Counted from the stretch's first letter, positions 47,951-58,314 are shown. The stretch is 64,000 nucleotides of DNA from Candidatus Pacebacteria bacterium CG_4_9_14_0_2_um_filter_40_15 (GCA_002788675.1 PFRS01000007.1:270-64269), one strand, 5' to 3'. Notes: generated by a model not told the origin, from the letters alone. Translations and numbers: made by a program.

Positions 47951-49180
47951 ATGCCCAAAGTATGTTTTTATTTTCAGTTGCATCAACCGTACCGCTTAGC
48001 AGATATTAGTGTTTTTGATGTAGGTACTGGGACAGATTATTTTTCAGGTGTAGGGAAAAAGAACCAAGCGGACGATAATAAAGAAATCTTTTTAAAAGTG
48101 GCTGAAAAGTCATATCGGCCGATGCTTACTCTGTTACTTAAGCTGGTTAAAAAGCATTCTGACTTTTATTTTTCTATGTCCCTGTCAGGGGTTTTTCTCG
48201 AACAGGTTGAAGCGTATGCTCCAGATCTCATTCCGATTTTAAAGAAACTTGCCAAATCTCGCCAAGTCGAGTTCTTAGCTGAAACGTATTATCATTCTTT
48301 GGCTGCCCTCTACTCTCCAACTGAGTTTAAAAAGCAGGTGCAGCAGCATTCCGACATTTTATTCAATTTGTTGGGTGCACGGCCAAGTGCTTTTAGAAAT
48401 ACTGAGCTTATTTTTAATAATGATATAGCTCAATTAGTTGAAGAACTTGGGTATGCAGGCATGCTTACTGAAGGAGTTGATAGATACCTTTGGGGTAGAA
48501 AACGCACGGTTCCTTATATAGCTAAAACAAAATATCAATTGCCCGTTTTGTTAAAGCATGCTCAGTTATCGGATGATGTGGCTTTTCGATTTTCAGAAAA
48601 ATCCTGGCCTGCATGGCCATTAACGGTTAAGCAGTACTTAGAGTGGATTGAGGTGTATCCTGAGGAAGAAATAGTTAACCTATTTATGGATTTTGAAACC
48701 TTTGGTGAACACCAGTGGGCAGATACAGGTATTTTTACTTTTTTTGAAGCATTCGTAGCTGCATTTTTACAAAAAAAATGGAATAGGTTTGTTACGCCCA
48801 CACAGATATTTACTCCTGTATGTGATCGGAAAATTAAGAAAAACTGTTTAGATAAATCAAAATTAGATACTTACGATGTTGTTGAACCAATTTCATGGGC
48901 CGACGTAGACAGAGACATAACGGCTTGGCGAGATAATCCCTATCAGATAGATACTCTAGAAATTATGTATGACATGGAGTCTCGAGTCCTTTTAAGTAAT
49001 GATGCAGAGCTTGTAAATGATTGGCGTCGTCTACAGACCAGTGACCATTTTTACTACATGTGTACAAAATGGGCTGCTGATGGAGATGTTCATGCGTATT
49101 TTAGTCCATATTCTGATCCACATGAAGCGTATAGAAGATTCACTATCGCATTAGCTGATTTGCAAGAACGATTACTCTAA
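47951..49180 (+). CDS. GH57-family glycoside hydrolase (alpha-amylase/branching-enzyme type)
   Basis: GH57 N-terminal hallmark FYFQLHQPYRL. Confidence 0.7.
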   Translation: MPKVCFYFQLHQPYRLADISVFDVGTGTDYFSGVGKKNQADDNKEIFLKVAEKSYRPMLTLLLKLVKKHSDFYFSMSLSGVFLEQVEAYAPDLIPILKKLAKSRQVEFLAETYYHSLAALYSPTEFKKQVQQHSDILFNLLGARPSAFRNTELIFNNDIAQLVEELGYAGMLTEGVDRYLWGRKRTVPYIAKTKYQLPVLLKHAQLSDDVAFRFSEKSWPAWPLTVKQYLEWIEVYPEEEIVNLFMDFETFGEHQWADTGIFTFFEAFVAAFLQKKWNRFVTPTQIFTPVCDRKIKKNCLDKSKLDTYDVVEPISWADVDRDITAWRDNPYQIDTLEIMYDMESRVLLSNDAELVNDWRRLQTSDHFYYMCTKWAADGDVHAYFSPYSDPHEAYRRFTIALADLQERLL

Positions 49181-49256
49181 CGATTTTTGCTTTTGTGGTA
49201 GCTTGAGTGCCTTTGATATCTTGTAGAAGGTTTCCTTACACTGGTATAGTTATAGT

Positions 49257-51266
49257 ATGCCCAGAGCTCTTACACTTGGAAATGGAAAAATGTTGGTTTG
49301 TCTCGATGAATTCGGTTTTGTCAGAGACTTTTATTACCCATACGTTGGTTTAGAAAATCATGTTGCTGGTCATAAGCACAGAATTGGTGTTTCTGTGAAC
49401 AATGCTTTTTCTTGGTTGAATGATGGTAGCTGGGAGATATCTATTGGCTATAAGCCAGAATCAATGGTTGGATACTTAGTGTGCAAAAGTTCTAAACTTA
49501 ACATTACTCTCGTTATGGAAGACTCAGTGTATAATGAGAAAGATGTCTTTCTGCGACAAGTCGATGTGTATAATCACTCTGACGAATATGTTGATGTAAA
49601 GATCTTTTTTCATCAAATATTTCATATTTCAGAATCTAAAAAGCGTAATACAGCATTTTATGACCCCACACATAATTCAGTAGTTCACTATAAAGGTAGA
49701 CGTGTGTTTATTGTGAATGGTCAGACTGAGAATGGTTCAGGGATAGATGATTATACTGTTGGGGCGTTCGAATATGAAGGAAAGGAAGGCTCATTTAGAG
49801 ATGCTGAGGACTCAGTTCTCACACAGAATGCTGTTGAGCATGGTTCCGTTGACTCTGTTGTTCGTTTTAGTACCTCTTGTGCTAATAAATCAAAATCTCG
49901 TGTGTATTATTGGATAGCAGTAGGTAAATCTCTGGAGGATGCCTATGAACTTAATAATTTAGTAGTTAGTAAGACTCCAAAGGCAATGTTGCATTCAACC
50001 GAAAGTTATTGGAATGCTTGGTTAAACACGCGCGAGTTTGATACAGATAGCCTGCCTCCTGAACAGAAAAAATTATTTGATACGTCTCTCTTTGTACTGA
50101 GAAGTCACACAGATAATAGAGGCAGTATTATTGCCAGTGGTGACAGTGAAATGATTGAGTATGGCAAAGATGACTATAGTTATATGTGGCCAAGGGACGC
50201 TGCGTTTATTGCTACTACTTTAGATAAAGCTGGATATCATGAAGCTACCAAAGAATTTTTCCTTTTCTGTAAAGATGTTATGCATCCTGATGGCTATTTG
50301 CATCATCGCTACCGAAGTGATGAAAGTTTAGGTTCAACTTGGCACTCAACGACTTCACAAGGTGAATGGCTGAAGGACAAGATTCTTCAGTTACCTATTC
50401 AGGAAGATGAAACTGCGGGCGTGCTCTTTGCACTTTGGAATCACTACGAAAAATCAAAAGACTTAGAATTTATTGAATTTTTGTATAAGCCGCTTATTGA
50501 AAAGATGGGTCGTTTCTTAATTAGTTTCAGAGATAAAGATACTGGATTGCCTCTGGCATCATACGATCTCTGGGAAGAAAAGATCGGTGTATCAACATAT
50601 ACTTGTGCTAGTACGTATGGTGGATTAATGGCCGCAGCGAAGTTTTCTGAACTTTTGGACAAAAGAAATCATATGCGTGATTATAAAAAGGCAGCCAATG
50701 AAATCAAGAAAGCCATGACAGATAATCTCTTTTCACCAAGTTTAGATGCCTTTGTTAGAATTGGGTATTATAAGCAAGAAGGTTTTGTAAGAGATGAAAT
50801 TGTAGACTCAAGCTCTCTCTTTGGTCTATGGTACTTTGGCATGTTTGATCAAGATGATCCTCTTTTTCAGAAGACCTATCAAGCTACCCGAGAACGATTG
50901 TGGAATCCGACAGAAATAGGTGGTTTTATACGGTACGAACATGATAATTATTTTAGGTCTACCAACAAATCAAACCCCTGGTTTATCACAACATTATGGG
51001 AAGCACAGATGAAGTTATCAAAAACTACTGTAACGGCAGAAGATTTGCAGTTTGCAAGCGATACATTCGCTTGGGTTACAAAACATGTCTTTAGTTCTGG
51101 TGTCTTAGCTGAGCAGCTTAATCCCTACACAGGTGAGTCACTTTCTTCAACCCCACTCGTTTGGAGTCATGCGGTGTATGTTGAAACGATGCTTCTCTAT
51201 TTAGAAAAGAAACAACAGTATGATCTTCAGAGTCAAGACGTCTCGGAAGCTACGCATACGTTATAA
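49257..51266 (+). CDS. GH15-family glucoamylase/glucodextranase-like hydrolase
   Basis: N-terminal beta-sandwich plus (alpha/alpha)6 region with YMWPRDAAF, typical of GH15. Confidence 0.7.
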   Translation: MPRALTLGNGKMLVCLDEFGFVRDFYYPYVGLENHVAGHKHRIGVSVNNAFSWLNDGSWEISIGYKPESMVGYLVCKSSKLNITLVMEDSVYNEKDVFLRQVDVYNHSDEYVDVKIFFHQIFHISESKKRNTAFYDPTHNSVVHYKGRRVFIVNGQTENGSGIDDYTVGAFEYEGKEGSFRDAEDSVLTQNAVEHGSVDSVVRFSTSCANKSKSRVYYWIAVGKSLEDAYELNNLVVSKTPKAMLHSTESYWNAWLNTREFDTDSLPPEQKKLFDTSLFVLRSHTDNRGSIIASGDSEMIEYGKDDYSYMWPRDAAFIATTLDKAGYHEATKEFFLFCKDVMHPDGYLHHRYRSDESLGSTWHSTTSQGEWLKDKILQLPIQEDETAGVLFALWNHYEKSKDLEFIEFLYKPLIEKMGRFLISFRDKDTGLPLASYDLWEEKIGVSTYTCASTYGGLMAAAKFSELLDKRNHMRDYKKAANEIKKAMTDNLFSPSLDAFVRIGYYKQEGFVRDEIVDSSSLFGLWYFGMFDQDDPLFQKTYQATRERLWNPTEIGGFIRYEHDNYFRSTNKSNPWFITTLWEAQMKLSKTTVTAEDLQFASDTFAWVTKHVFSSGVLAEQLNPYTGESLSSTPLVWSHAVYVETMLLYLEKKQQYDLQSQDVSEATHTL

Positions 51267-51273
51267 AGGTAGT

Positions 51274-52209
51274 ATGGCAGAGTATTATTTAGCAGTTGAT
51301 GGCGGTGGAACCAAGACAGATGTGGTTTGTGTAGATGAAACTGGGGCCATTATTGGTAAAGGTTCATCTGGACCCATGAGCTTAACAGTTACCACCATTG
51401 GGGCTGCGAGCTTTAATTTAATTGAAGCAATTCGTATTGCTATTGAGTCACATCCAGAAATTAAACAATTTAAACGTGTTGTACTTGGTTTGGCTGGAGT
51501 AGATACAACTGAGGAAAAGACCCGAGCAGAAGAAGTGTTTAAGCGAGCGCTTTCCCACTATCAGTTTGATGATTTTGTATTGCTTAACGACAGTGAAATA
51601 GCGCTAGTTAATGGGTCTGATAGTCCTAATGCCCTCATTTTAGTGAGCGGAACGGGTAGTATTTGCTATGGTAGAAATAGTAAAGGTGAGACGGCTCGCG
51701 TTTCTGGTATGGATTATTTGTTGGCTGATCAAGGTTCAGGATATAGCATTGGCCGTAAGGTGTTACAAGCAGCTGTGAAGAGTTTTGATGGTCGTGGCAA
51801 GTCAACATATCTTGAAGGTTTGGTTTGTGAACAGTATATGGTCCCTAAAATTTCCTTCTTAAAAGAAGAAGTCTATAATCCAGATTTAACTAAAAGTGAA
51901 ATTGCACGTCTGTCGCCGCTTTGCACAAAAGCAGTTGAGGCAGGAGATGAAGTTGCTATCTCAATTTTACATGAAGAAATCGATGAAATGATTCTCTCTG
52001 CATCTACTGTATTAAAAAAATTACACTCGGGTGATGAATTATTTGAAATAGTTTTTGCTGGGGCAATTTTAGAGTTAGAGTATGTTTCTAGTAAAGTAAA
52101 AGAACAACTTTCAACACAATTTAGTAATCTTCATTTTGTTCGCCAGGATAGTGATCCAGTCTATGGTGCAATAAAACTAGCGCTGCGCAAACAAGATAAA
52201 CAGGTATAA
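51274..52209 (+). CDS. BadF/BadG/BcrA/BcrD-type ATPase (N-acetylglucosamine/glucose kinase-like)
   Basis: ASKHA phosphate-1 motif LAVDGGGTKT. Start taken at MAEYYLAVDGGG (51274) rather than the ORF-track 51220. Confidence 0.6.
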   Translation: MAEYYLAVDGGGTKTDVVCVDETGAIIGKGSSGPMSLTVTTIGAASFNLIEAIRIAIESHPEIKQFKRVVLGLAGVDTTEEKTRAEEVFKRALSHYQFDDFVLLNDSEIALVNGSDSPNALILVSGTGSICYGRNSKGETARVSGMDYLLADQGSGYSIGRKVLQAAVKSFDGRGKSTYLEGLVCEQYMVPKISFLKEEVYNPDLTKSEIARLSPLCTKAVEAGDEVAISILHEEIDEMILSASTVLKKLHSGDELFEIVFAGAILELEYVSSKVKEQLSTQFSNLHFVRQDSDPVYGAIKLALRKQDKQV

Positions 52210-52217
52210 TACCGCCA

Positions 52218-52715
52218 ATGCAACCTCATACAGGCGCAATTATCACACTTTTGGCACAACTCCGTTATGATATTGGCGATAGTTACTACAAAGTTGATTG
52301 TGCCATGAATAACCGGCAATATCAGATAACCTTGCATGACGTCTATCGTCATCAGCTTATTTTGCGTGTTGGAAACATCTATCCGTGTTATACAAAGGTG
52401 CATCTTGAAGTTGGTGGGGATTTTTCAATTGAGAGCACTATGCAAGGAAATACGGAAGTAAATTTTTTGTACATGCGGAAAGAATGTCATCTGCGCATTG
52501 AACATTCTCACTCAAATATAGTTTCTGAAAAATATAAATTTGAATTTGATCGAGACACAGTTTGGATACGCAAAGGTGAGTACGATAAAGAAAATGGGGC
52601 TCGTGCTACTTTTGAAGGTCGGTATGAGGCAGCGTATCGTCGTTCTGAGTTGAAGGATACGATTTACTTGGATGGACACCGCACAGATGAGGTTTTTCAG
52701 TATACCTTGCCTTAG
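52218..52715 (+). CDS. hypothetical protein (165 aa)
   Basis: ORF only. Confidence 0.4.
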   Translation: MQPHTGAIITLLAQLRYDIGDSYYKVDCAMNNRQYQITLHDVYRHQLILRVGNIYPCYTKVHLEVGGDFSIESTMQGNTEVNFLYMRKECHLRIEHSHSNIVSEKYKFEFDRDTVWIRKGEYDKENGARATFEGRYEAAYRRSELKDTIYLDGHRTDEVFQYTLP

Positions 52716-52749
52716 TTTTCTTATTTTGAACGTTTTTTTTGAAAAATAA

Positions 52750-53052
52750 TTATTTTTCTTTTGTAACCTCTAATTTTTCGAACCAACCGCGTCGATATAA
52801 AATTCCAATTATTGCGTAGACGCCAATATCTGTCCAGGTATCGTCAATGGATTCATTTTCAGGTTCACCACTTTTCATGAGTAGATTTTTGAGTCTCTCA
52901 CCTTTTTCACTAATGCGGAAGGCTATGCCAAGTTCCTTAATGGAGAGGACATTGCCCTTACCATAGTCTTTATGTTTCTTTAAAAATGTTTGAAGAAATT
53001 CTTCAGCGACGATTTCAATAGCTTCATTTAGTGATTGAGGATCTTTACTCAT
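52750..53052 (-). CDS. small hypothetical protein, possibly MazG-like NTP pyrophosphohydrolase fold
   Basis: 100 aa with weak all-alpha resemblance; low confidence. Confidence 0.3.
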   Translation of the reverse strand: MSKDPQSLNEAIEIVAEEFLQTFLKKHKDYGKGNVLSIKELGIAFRISEKGERLKNLLMKSGEPENESIDDTWTDIGVYAIIGILYRRGWFEKLEVTKEK

Positions 53053-53221
53053 GGATTCTTTCTGAAAGTGTCAAATTATCAATAGTTTTTTATAAACTAT
53101 CTACCTGATGTTCCGCAAGGGTGAATCTAGTGCAAGCAGGCGGAACCCGCAGTGTGTATTTCAAAAAATTGGGAAAGTGATACACTATGATTTGGTTACA
53201 TGTCTTAATTAGAAAGGCACC

Positions 53222-53950
53222 ATGCGACTCAAAGAAGCAGAGTTTCTTAGAGAAGAAAACGTTGAAAAACAAGAAAAGTTTGGACATAAAATTATCAGTG
53301 TACCACCACTTTTAGAGTATGTAGAAAATGCAATTTGGAAGGCTGAAGATGAAGCTGAAGTAAAAAGACTTCTTGATGCTTCACGAGAACATGAAAGACG
53401 ATACTTTGGTTGGGAAATGAACAGAAAAGGCATCACTCCTGTTGGTTTTCTGTATACAGGATTAGAAGGATTTTTAGTTGGTCTAGGACTCTCAGCTGAT
53501 GAGGCACATGCTCGGATTATGCAGTATGGTTTAGATATTGTTGATGGTATATACAGAGCTCATTCCACTTCGTATGACAGTCGGAAACAACTAGAACGAG
53601 TTATGCGTGGTGAGTCTAGCAGAGCTGCAGCAGTTGAAGAGTGGAGTGCCATATTGGGAGCAACTTTAGCAAGACGGAGAGCTGAGATCACTACAAATCA
53701 CTCTGCTCAGGAATATCGCAGAATGGTTTCTGAGAGAGCTCAAACATTGCCTAAAATAAAGTATACGGTCGATTCAAATGGGCAAATTAAGCAAGAGTAT
53801 TTTATTGCGACGGAGCCAGTTTCAGCGACAAATGCTCCAGCATATAGTCCAAAAAATGATAGAGAAGCGTATGCGCAGCTTGTTACTCGTCGAATTGGTA
53901 TTGTTGGTCACCCTCTACTACGAGCTGCCATGCGACATGCTCACCGTTAG
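53222..53950 (+). CDS. hypothetical protein (242 aa)
   Basis: ORF only. Confidence 0.4.
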   Translation: MRLKEAEFLREENVEKQEKFGHKIISVPPLLEYVENAIWKAEDEAEVKRLLDASREHERRYFGWEMNRKGITPVGFLYTGLEGFLVGLGLSADEAHARIMQYGLDIVDGIYRAHSTSYDSRKQLERVMRGESSRAAAVEEWSAILGATLARRRAEITTNHSAQEYRRMVSERAQTLPKIKYTVDSNGQIKQEYFIATEPVSATNAPAYSPKNDREAYAQLVTRRIGIVGHPLLRAAMRHAHR

Positions 53951-54020
53951 TACTTTATTGTAGATTTGAAGTGAGTGGTGGTACTATGTGTACACAGTAG
54001 TTACGAAAAGGTTTGTATTT

Positions 54021-55211
54021 ATGCAGAATACTTCAGATCGCGCCATCAAAATTCACACACAATTTCAAGGAAAACTGGAAGTACAATCTCTTGTTCCCAT
54101 TGAAAATGCTGATGATCTTTCTCTTGCATATACACCTGGAGTTGGAGCTGTATCAAGAGTGATTGCCGAAGATAAAACCCAAGTTAAAAATTTGACACTT
54201 GCAGGTAGAACAGTAGCAATTATTTCAGATGGAAGCGCTGTACTAGGTCTTGGAAATATTGGACCAGAAGCAGCGCTGCCAGTTATGGAGGGAAAAGCCT
54301 TGCTTCTTAAGCAGTTTGCTGGATTAGATGCGTTTCCTTTAGTTATTACAGCAACTGAAGCTTCAGATATTGTTCGTTTTGTTAAACAGGTATCCCCCAC
54401 CTTTTTTGCTATAAATCTTGAAGATATTACCGCTCCAAAATGTTTTGAAGTTGAAGAGGCTCTACAAGATATTGGTATTCCTGTGTTTCACGATGATCAA
54501 CATGGTACAGCCATTGTAGTTGCAGCTGCATTACTCAACGCTGCCAAAGCTGTAGGCAAGAACTACGCTGACCTTAAGGTGGGTATTGTTGGAGCAGGTG
54601 CTGCAGGACTTGCCATTGCTAAGATGTTGTTAGGTGCAAATTGTCGAGCCTCAAGTTGTTCAATTGTTGAATCGCTCCCTAGAGTTTCAGACGTTGTGGT
54701 ATTTGATAGACAGGGGGCTTTGTATCGTGGCAGAAAAGGTATGAATGTCTACAAGCAAGCAGTTGCTGGTATTAGCAACAGGGAGCACAGTATTGGCCAG
54801 CCAGAAGAAGTATTAAGTGGGTTTGACGTAGTTATTGGAGTTTCTGGTCCTGGTAGCATTACTAAAAAAATAGTCAGTGGTCTTGCTGAAGATTCAATTG
54901 TATTTGCTATGGCAAATCCAGATCCTGAAATCATGCCAGAGGATGCTCTTGCTGCAGGTGCAACAGTTGTTGCCACAGGTCGCAGTGATTTTGGAAACCA
55001 AATAAATAATGTACTTGCATTCCCAGCAATTTTTAAAATTGCTCACGAGTTACAGTTACCTCGAATAACAATGGAAGTTAAAGTAGCTTTGATGAAATCA
55101 CTTGCGGAATTAGTTGAGTCTCCTACTCCAGAAGAGGTGATCGTGTCGCCATTTTATCCAAATTTAGTTGAAATTTTAGTTGAAAAAACAAAGCAGAAAA
55201 TTGCGCACTAA
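54021..55211 (+). CDS. NAD(P)-dependent malic enzyme (short prokaryotic type)
   Basis: Motifs YTPGVG, dinucleotide fold GAGAAG, FANPDPE. Start taken at MQNTSD (54021). Confidence 0.85.
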   Translation: MQNTSDRAIKIHTQFQGKLEVQSLVPIENADDLSLAYTPGVGAVSRVIAEDKTQVKNLTLAGRTVAIISDGSAVLGLGNIGPEAALPVMEGKALLLKQFAGLDAFPLVITATEASDIVRFVKQVSPTFFAINLEDITAPKCFEVEEALQDIGIPVFHDDQHGTAIVVAAALLNAAKAVGKNYADLKVGIVGAGAAGLAIAKMLLGANCRASSCSIVESLPRVSDVVVFDRQGALYRGRKGMNVYKQAVAGISNREHSIGQPEEVLSGFDVVIGVSGPGSITKKIVSGLAEDSIVFAMANPDPEIMPEDALAAGATVVATGRSDFGNQINNVLAFPAIFKIAHELQLPRITMEVKVALMKSLAELVESPTPEEVIVSPFYPNLVEILVEKTKQKIAH

Positions 55212-55245
55212 TGAATAGCATTGGGTGTGAAATTGATAAAAAAAA

Positions 55246-55266
55246 GCGGAGCGCATTGCGCTCCGC
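55246..55266 (-). terminator. GC-rich palindrome gcggagcgc-att-gcgctccgc, preceded on the plus strand by an A-run (terminator for the minus-strand small ORF; also caps malic enzyme)
   Basis: 9-bp perfect stem; a U-run follows in minus-strand sense. Confidence 0.55.
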
Positions 55267-55305
55267 TTGAGCATATGCTCATTGGGGGGACACCCTTGTT
55301 ACTGT

Positions 55306-55515
55306 TTACAGATAAAACAGTAACCAGATTATGCCCCAAAAAAATCCTATGATAGCTAGACATATACCAACCCAGATTCCAACCACAGAAAGATTAGTGC
55401 CTGAGTTTGTAATGTGCTGTTCTTCATCTTTGCCTGTGATAATATCCGAGGCGCTTGAAAAAACAATTGCAATTCCGGCCAGTAAAAAGAGCAATGGATA
55501 AAGAAATGTTTCCAT
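55306..55515 (-). CDS. small 2-TM membrane protein (69 aa)
   Basis: Hydrophobic ORF with its own terminator. Confidence 0.35.
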   Translation of the reverse strand: METFLYPLLFLLAGIAIVFSSASDIITGKDEEQHITNSGTNLSVVGIWVGICLAIIGFFWGIIWLLFYL

Positions 55516-55683
55516 TTTTATCCTCCTTTTTTATAGAATATATCCCATAGTATATAACAATTTTGATACAATGCAATATGGAGGTCTGTAATTAAAAAAA
55601 ATATTTTTTTGTACATATCCATCAAGGTATTTAAATAGGTGAATGATTCTTCATTTTTAATGCATACTACTGCATAATAGGGT

Positions 55684-57453
55684 ATGAAACGTTTATTCTC
55701 TTTTATTGCTGTGTTCGTTGCAGCAAGTAGTTTTTTTATTTCATCAGTACACGCTCAATCTGTATTGCCAGAAGAAATAGCATCTTTTCACTCCGATATA
55801 ACGATAAACAAAAATACATCTGTCTCTATTACTGAAACCATCGACTATACAACTACGTTGCAAAAACATGGTATTTACCGCTACATTCCAGTTACGTATG
55901 GGGCCGGTGGGAGAGAAAAAGAAACGCATCGAATTTCACACATTTCAGTCAAAGACGAAAGGGGTAGGACAATTCCTTTCACTCGATCTCAAGATGGTCT
56001 CAATCTTAATCTAAAGATTGGTGATGCTGATGTAACTTTTACAGGTGATAAAACGTATATTATTTCGTATGAGGTGGAGCAAGCGCTTGATCACTATGAT
56101 GATCATGTAGAGTTCTATTGGGATATAACTGGTGAAGGATGGAAAGTCCCGATTGCTTCATCAAGTGCGACGGTCACTTCTCCTTTCTCACCTATAGAAC
56201 GTGTTACCTGCTACTCAGGGTTGGTAGGGCGTGACGATGGTGGCTGTACCTCTAGTTTCATTGAAAGATCTGCTTCATTTGTATATCCACAGGAAGTTGC
56301 CTATGGTGAAAATTTCACAATAGTTGTTGGTTTACCTAAAGAGTCTCAACTGGTGTTTCCAACCCAACAAGAATTACTGCGATCATGGATTGAGGATAAC
56401 TGGGTGCTTTTTCTACTCCCCTTACCTACTTTGTTAGTTATTCTAGTATGGATAAAAAAAGGCAGAGATATTCAATTTGTCTCGCCTGATGTGTTTAATC
56501 TTGATCCTAATCGACCCGTGCAGCGACGACCACTGAGTTTTAAGGCACGCGAACCATTTGTGTATGAGCCTCTTAAAATGCTCACACCTGGTGAAGCAGG
56601 ATCACTGATTGATGGGCAAGCCAGCCCCCGAGATGTAGTTGCTGAAATCCTCGAGCTAGCTCGTAAAAAATATCTTAAAATTGATCGTGTCGAGAGCAAG
56701 GTGCTCTTTTTCAGTGTAAAGGACTACACGTTTACAAAATTGAAGCCAATGACCAGTCCTGAACCTGCAGCTCAGACCTATTTGTTTGGGCAACTCTTTA
56801 AGATCCAGGATGTAGTTTCACTTTCTTCCCTCAAGGGTACTTTTTATCAAGAAATGGCTGCAGTTCGGGCGATGCTGAAATCTAGTTTAGAGCAGAAAGG
56901 CATTTACGAAACAAAACCATCAGTTACAAAGGCTTGGGCTCTAGGAGTGAATTTTGCCTCCTCTGCTGCTGTGTTTGGATTAGTTTCTGTGTATCTGTTA
57001 CCACTTGATATAGTTTGGCCAGTAATTGTACTTTTTGTGCAGTTTGGTTTGTTAAGTCTCTGGGGAGGTCTGCTTGCACAGAAGTCAGCCGTCGGCACCA
57101 ATCTTTGGTTGCAAACACGTGGTCTTCGCAAAACTATTACGTATGGTAAATGGCGTGAAGAGATCAAAGAGAAAAATTTGTTTATTGAAGAAGTACTCCC
57201 CTTTGCAGTGGCTTTTGGTGTGGTGGACAAGTTAGCCTCAGATATGGACAAGTTGGGTGTGAATCCTCCCGATTATTTGGGTAGTGCAAATCTTGGTGGC
57301 TTAACAGCTGCACAGTTTGTAAATGACTTTAGTACCACTGTTGGACAGAATTTATCGTACAATCCGTCATCTTCCTCTAGGAGTGGTGGATCCGGTTTTA
57401 GTGGTGGTTCTTCTGGTGGCGGAGGTGGCGGCGGAGGTGGTGGTAGCTGGTAA
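55684..57453 (+). CDS. DUF2207-like secreted/membrane protein with a C-terminal poly-Gly tail
   Basis: Signal peptide MKRLFSFIAVFVAASSFFISSVHA, an extracellular domain, three C-terminal TM segments, and the tail SGGSGFSGGSSGGGGGGGGGGSW. Confidence 0.55.
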   Translation: MKRLFSFIAVFVAASSFFISSVHAQSVLPEEIASFHSDITINKNTSVSITETIDYTTTLQKHGIYRYIPVTYGAGGREKETHRISHISVKDERGRTIPFTRSQDGLNLNLKIGDADVTFTGDKTYIISYEVEQALDHYDDHVEFYWDITGEGWKVPIASSSATVTSPFSPIERVTCYSGLVGRDDGGCTSSFIERSASFVYPQEVAYGENFTIVVGLPKESQLVFPTQQELLRSWIEDNWVLFLLPLPTLLVILVWIKKGRDIQFVSPDVFNLDPNRPVQRRPLSFKAREPFVYEPLKMLTPGEAGSLIDGQASPRDVVAEILELARKKYLKIDRVESKVLFFSVKDYTFTKLKPMTSPEPAAQTYLFGQLFKIQDVVSLSSLKGTFYQEMAAVRAMLKSSLEQKGIYETKPSVTKAWALGVNFASSAAVFGLVSVYLLPLDIVWPVIVLFVQFGLLSLWGGLLAQKSAVGTNLWLQTRGLRKTITYGKWREEIKEKNLFIEEVLPFAVAFGVVDKLASDMDKLGVNPPDYLGSANLGGLTAAQFVNDFSTTVGQNLSYNPSSSSRSGGSGFSGGSSGGGGGGGGGGSW

Positions 57454-57542
57454 AACAGCATCCCCATGAAGCATCTGCTGATTTCTGGCAAAAAATTAGA
57501 ACACTTTTCCATTTTTCTTTGAAAAAATAAGGTATGAGTGCA

Positions 57543-57644
57543 GTCTTACAGAGTTTCATGAGGTCGTCAGCAAATACTGTTTGCAACTTGCAGGTTATGT
57601 GAGGTCCGAATGAAAGCGACCTGTTGGGAGCGGCTCTGTAAGAC
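57543..57644 (+). ncRNA. structured RNA element in the 5' leader of the RRM-protein gene (11-bp terminal helix gtcttacagag/ctctgtaagac enclosing further hairpins)
   Basis: Long-range perfect complementarity plus internal helices AGGTCG/CGACCT and GCAAA/TTTGC; identity unknown. Confidence 0.35.
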
Positions 57645-57834
57645 TACACGTATACCATCTCCTGCTATACTTCCCCCAATAACCTGTTACAATTACACCA
57701 TAGTTTTGAGCAGTTCGAATGACGGACAACATGAATTTCATTTTCCTTCGGTCTAACATGTTCTTAACTGAGTAAAAAAAGCTCAGTATATTTACTGAGC
57801 GTTGAGAGTTCTCTAAGAACTCGGTAGGAGTAGG

Positions 57835-58182
57835 ATGCAAGACGCACCACAAGAAAATCCCAAGAAGCTATTCGTGGGTAATCTTCCTTTCAGTACAACT
57901 GAAGAAGATGTAGTAAGTATGTTTTCAGATTTCGGAACAATTGCTGACGCAGCTTTGATTATGGACCGCATGAGTGGTCGATCAAAAGGTATCGCTTTTG
58001 TTACTTTCGAAACTGAAGATGAAGCTAAAGCAGCAATCGATGGTTTGAACGGTCATGAAATTGACGGTCGTGCAATCGTTGTTAACGTTGCTCGCCCAAG
58101 AGTTCCTCGAACTGACTTCGGTGGAGGACGTGGAGGTGATCGCCGTGGAGGTGATAACCGTGGTGGCCAACGCCGCTACTAA
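57835..58182 (+). CDS. RRM-type RNA-binding protein with Gly/Arg-rich tail
   Basis: RNP2 (LFVGNL) and RNP1 (KGIAFVTF) motifs; C-terminal RGG repeats. Confidence 0.85.
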   Translation: MQDAPQENPKKLFVGNLPFSTTEEDVVSMFSDFGTIADAALIMDRMSGRSKGIAFVTFETEDEAKAAIDGLNGHEIDGRAIVVNVARPRVPRTDFGGGRGGDRRGGDNRGGQRRY

Positions 58183-58314
58183 TCTTTACAAAAAGAAACT
58201 AGAAAAAGGCAGGGTAACCTGCCTTTTTTGGTGGTTCAACGTTTTCGGTCTTGAGCTCAACAGTCCCTAGGAGTATAAACGAGCCATAAAGTGCATTAGT
58301 TTGGTAGTAGTGAG

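Noticed and set aside
53130-53150. 9-mer CCCGCAGTG shared between the 53.1-kb intergenic hairpin and the tRNA-Pro mini-element
   Set aside because: A 9-mer match is expected about 0.5 times by chance in 64 kb on both strands; there is no extended similarity.
57601-57621. SRP RNA (4.5S) identification based on GAGGUCCGAAUGAAAGCGACC resembling helix 8
   Set aside because: The surrounding sequence folds into a branched structure rather than the single long SRP hairpin, and the putative tetraloop GAAU is not GNRA. Kept only as a structured leader element of unknown identity.
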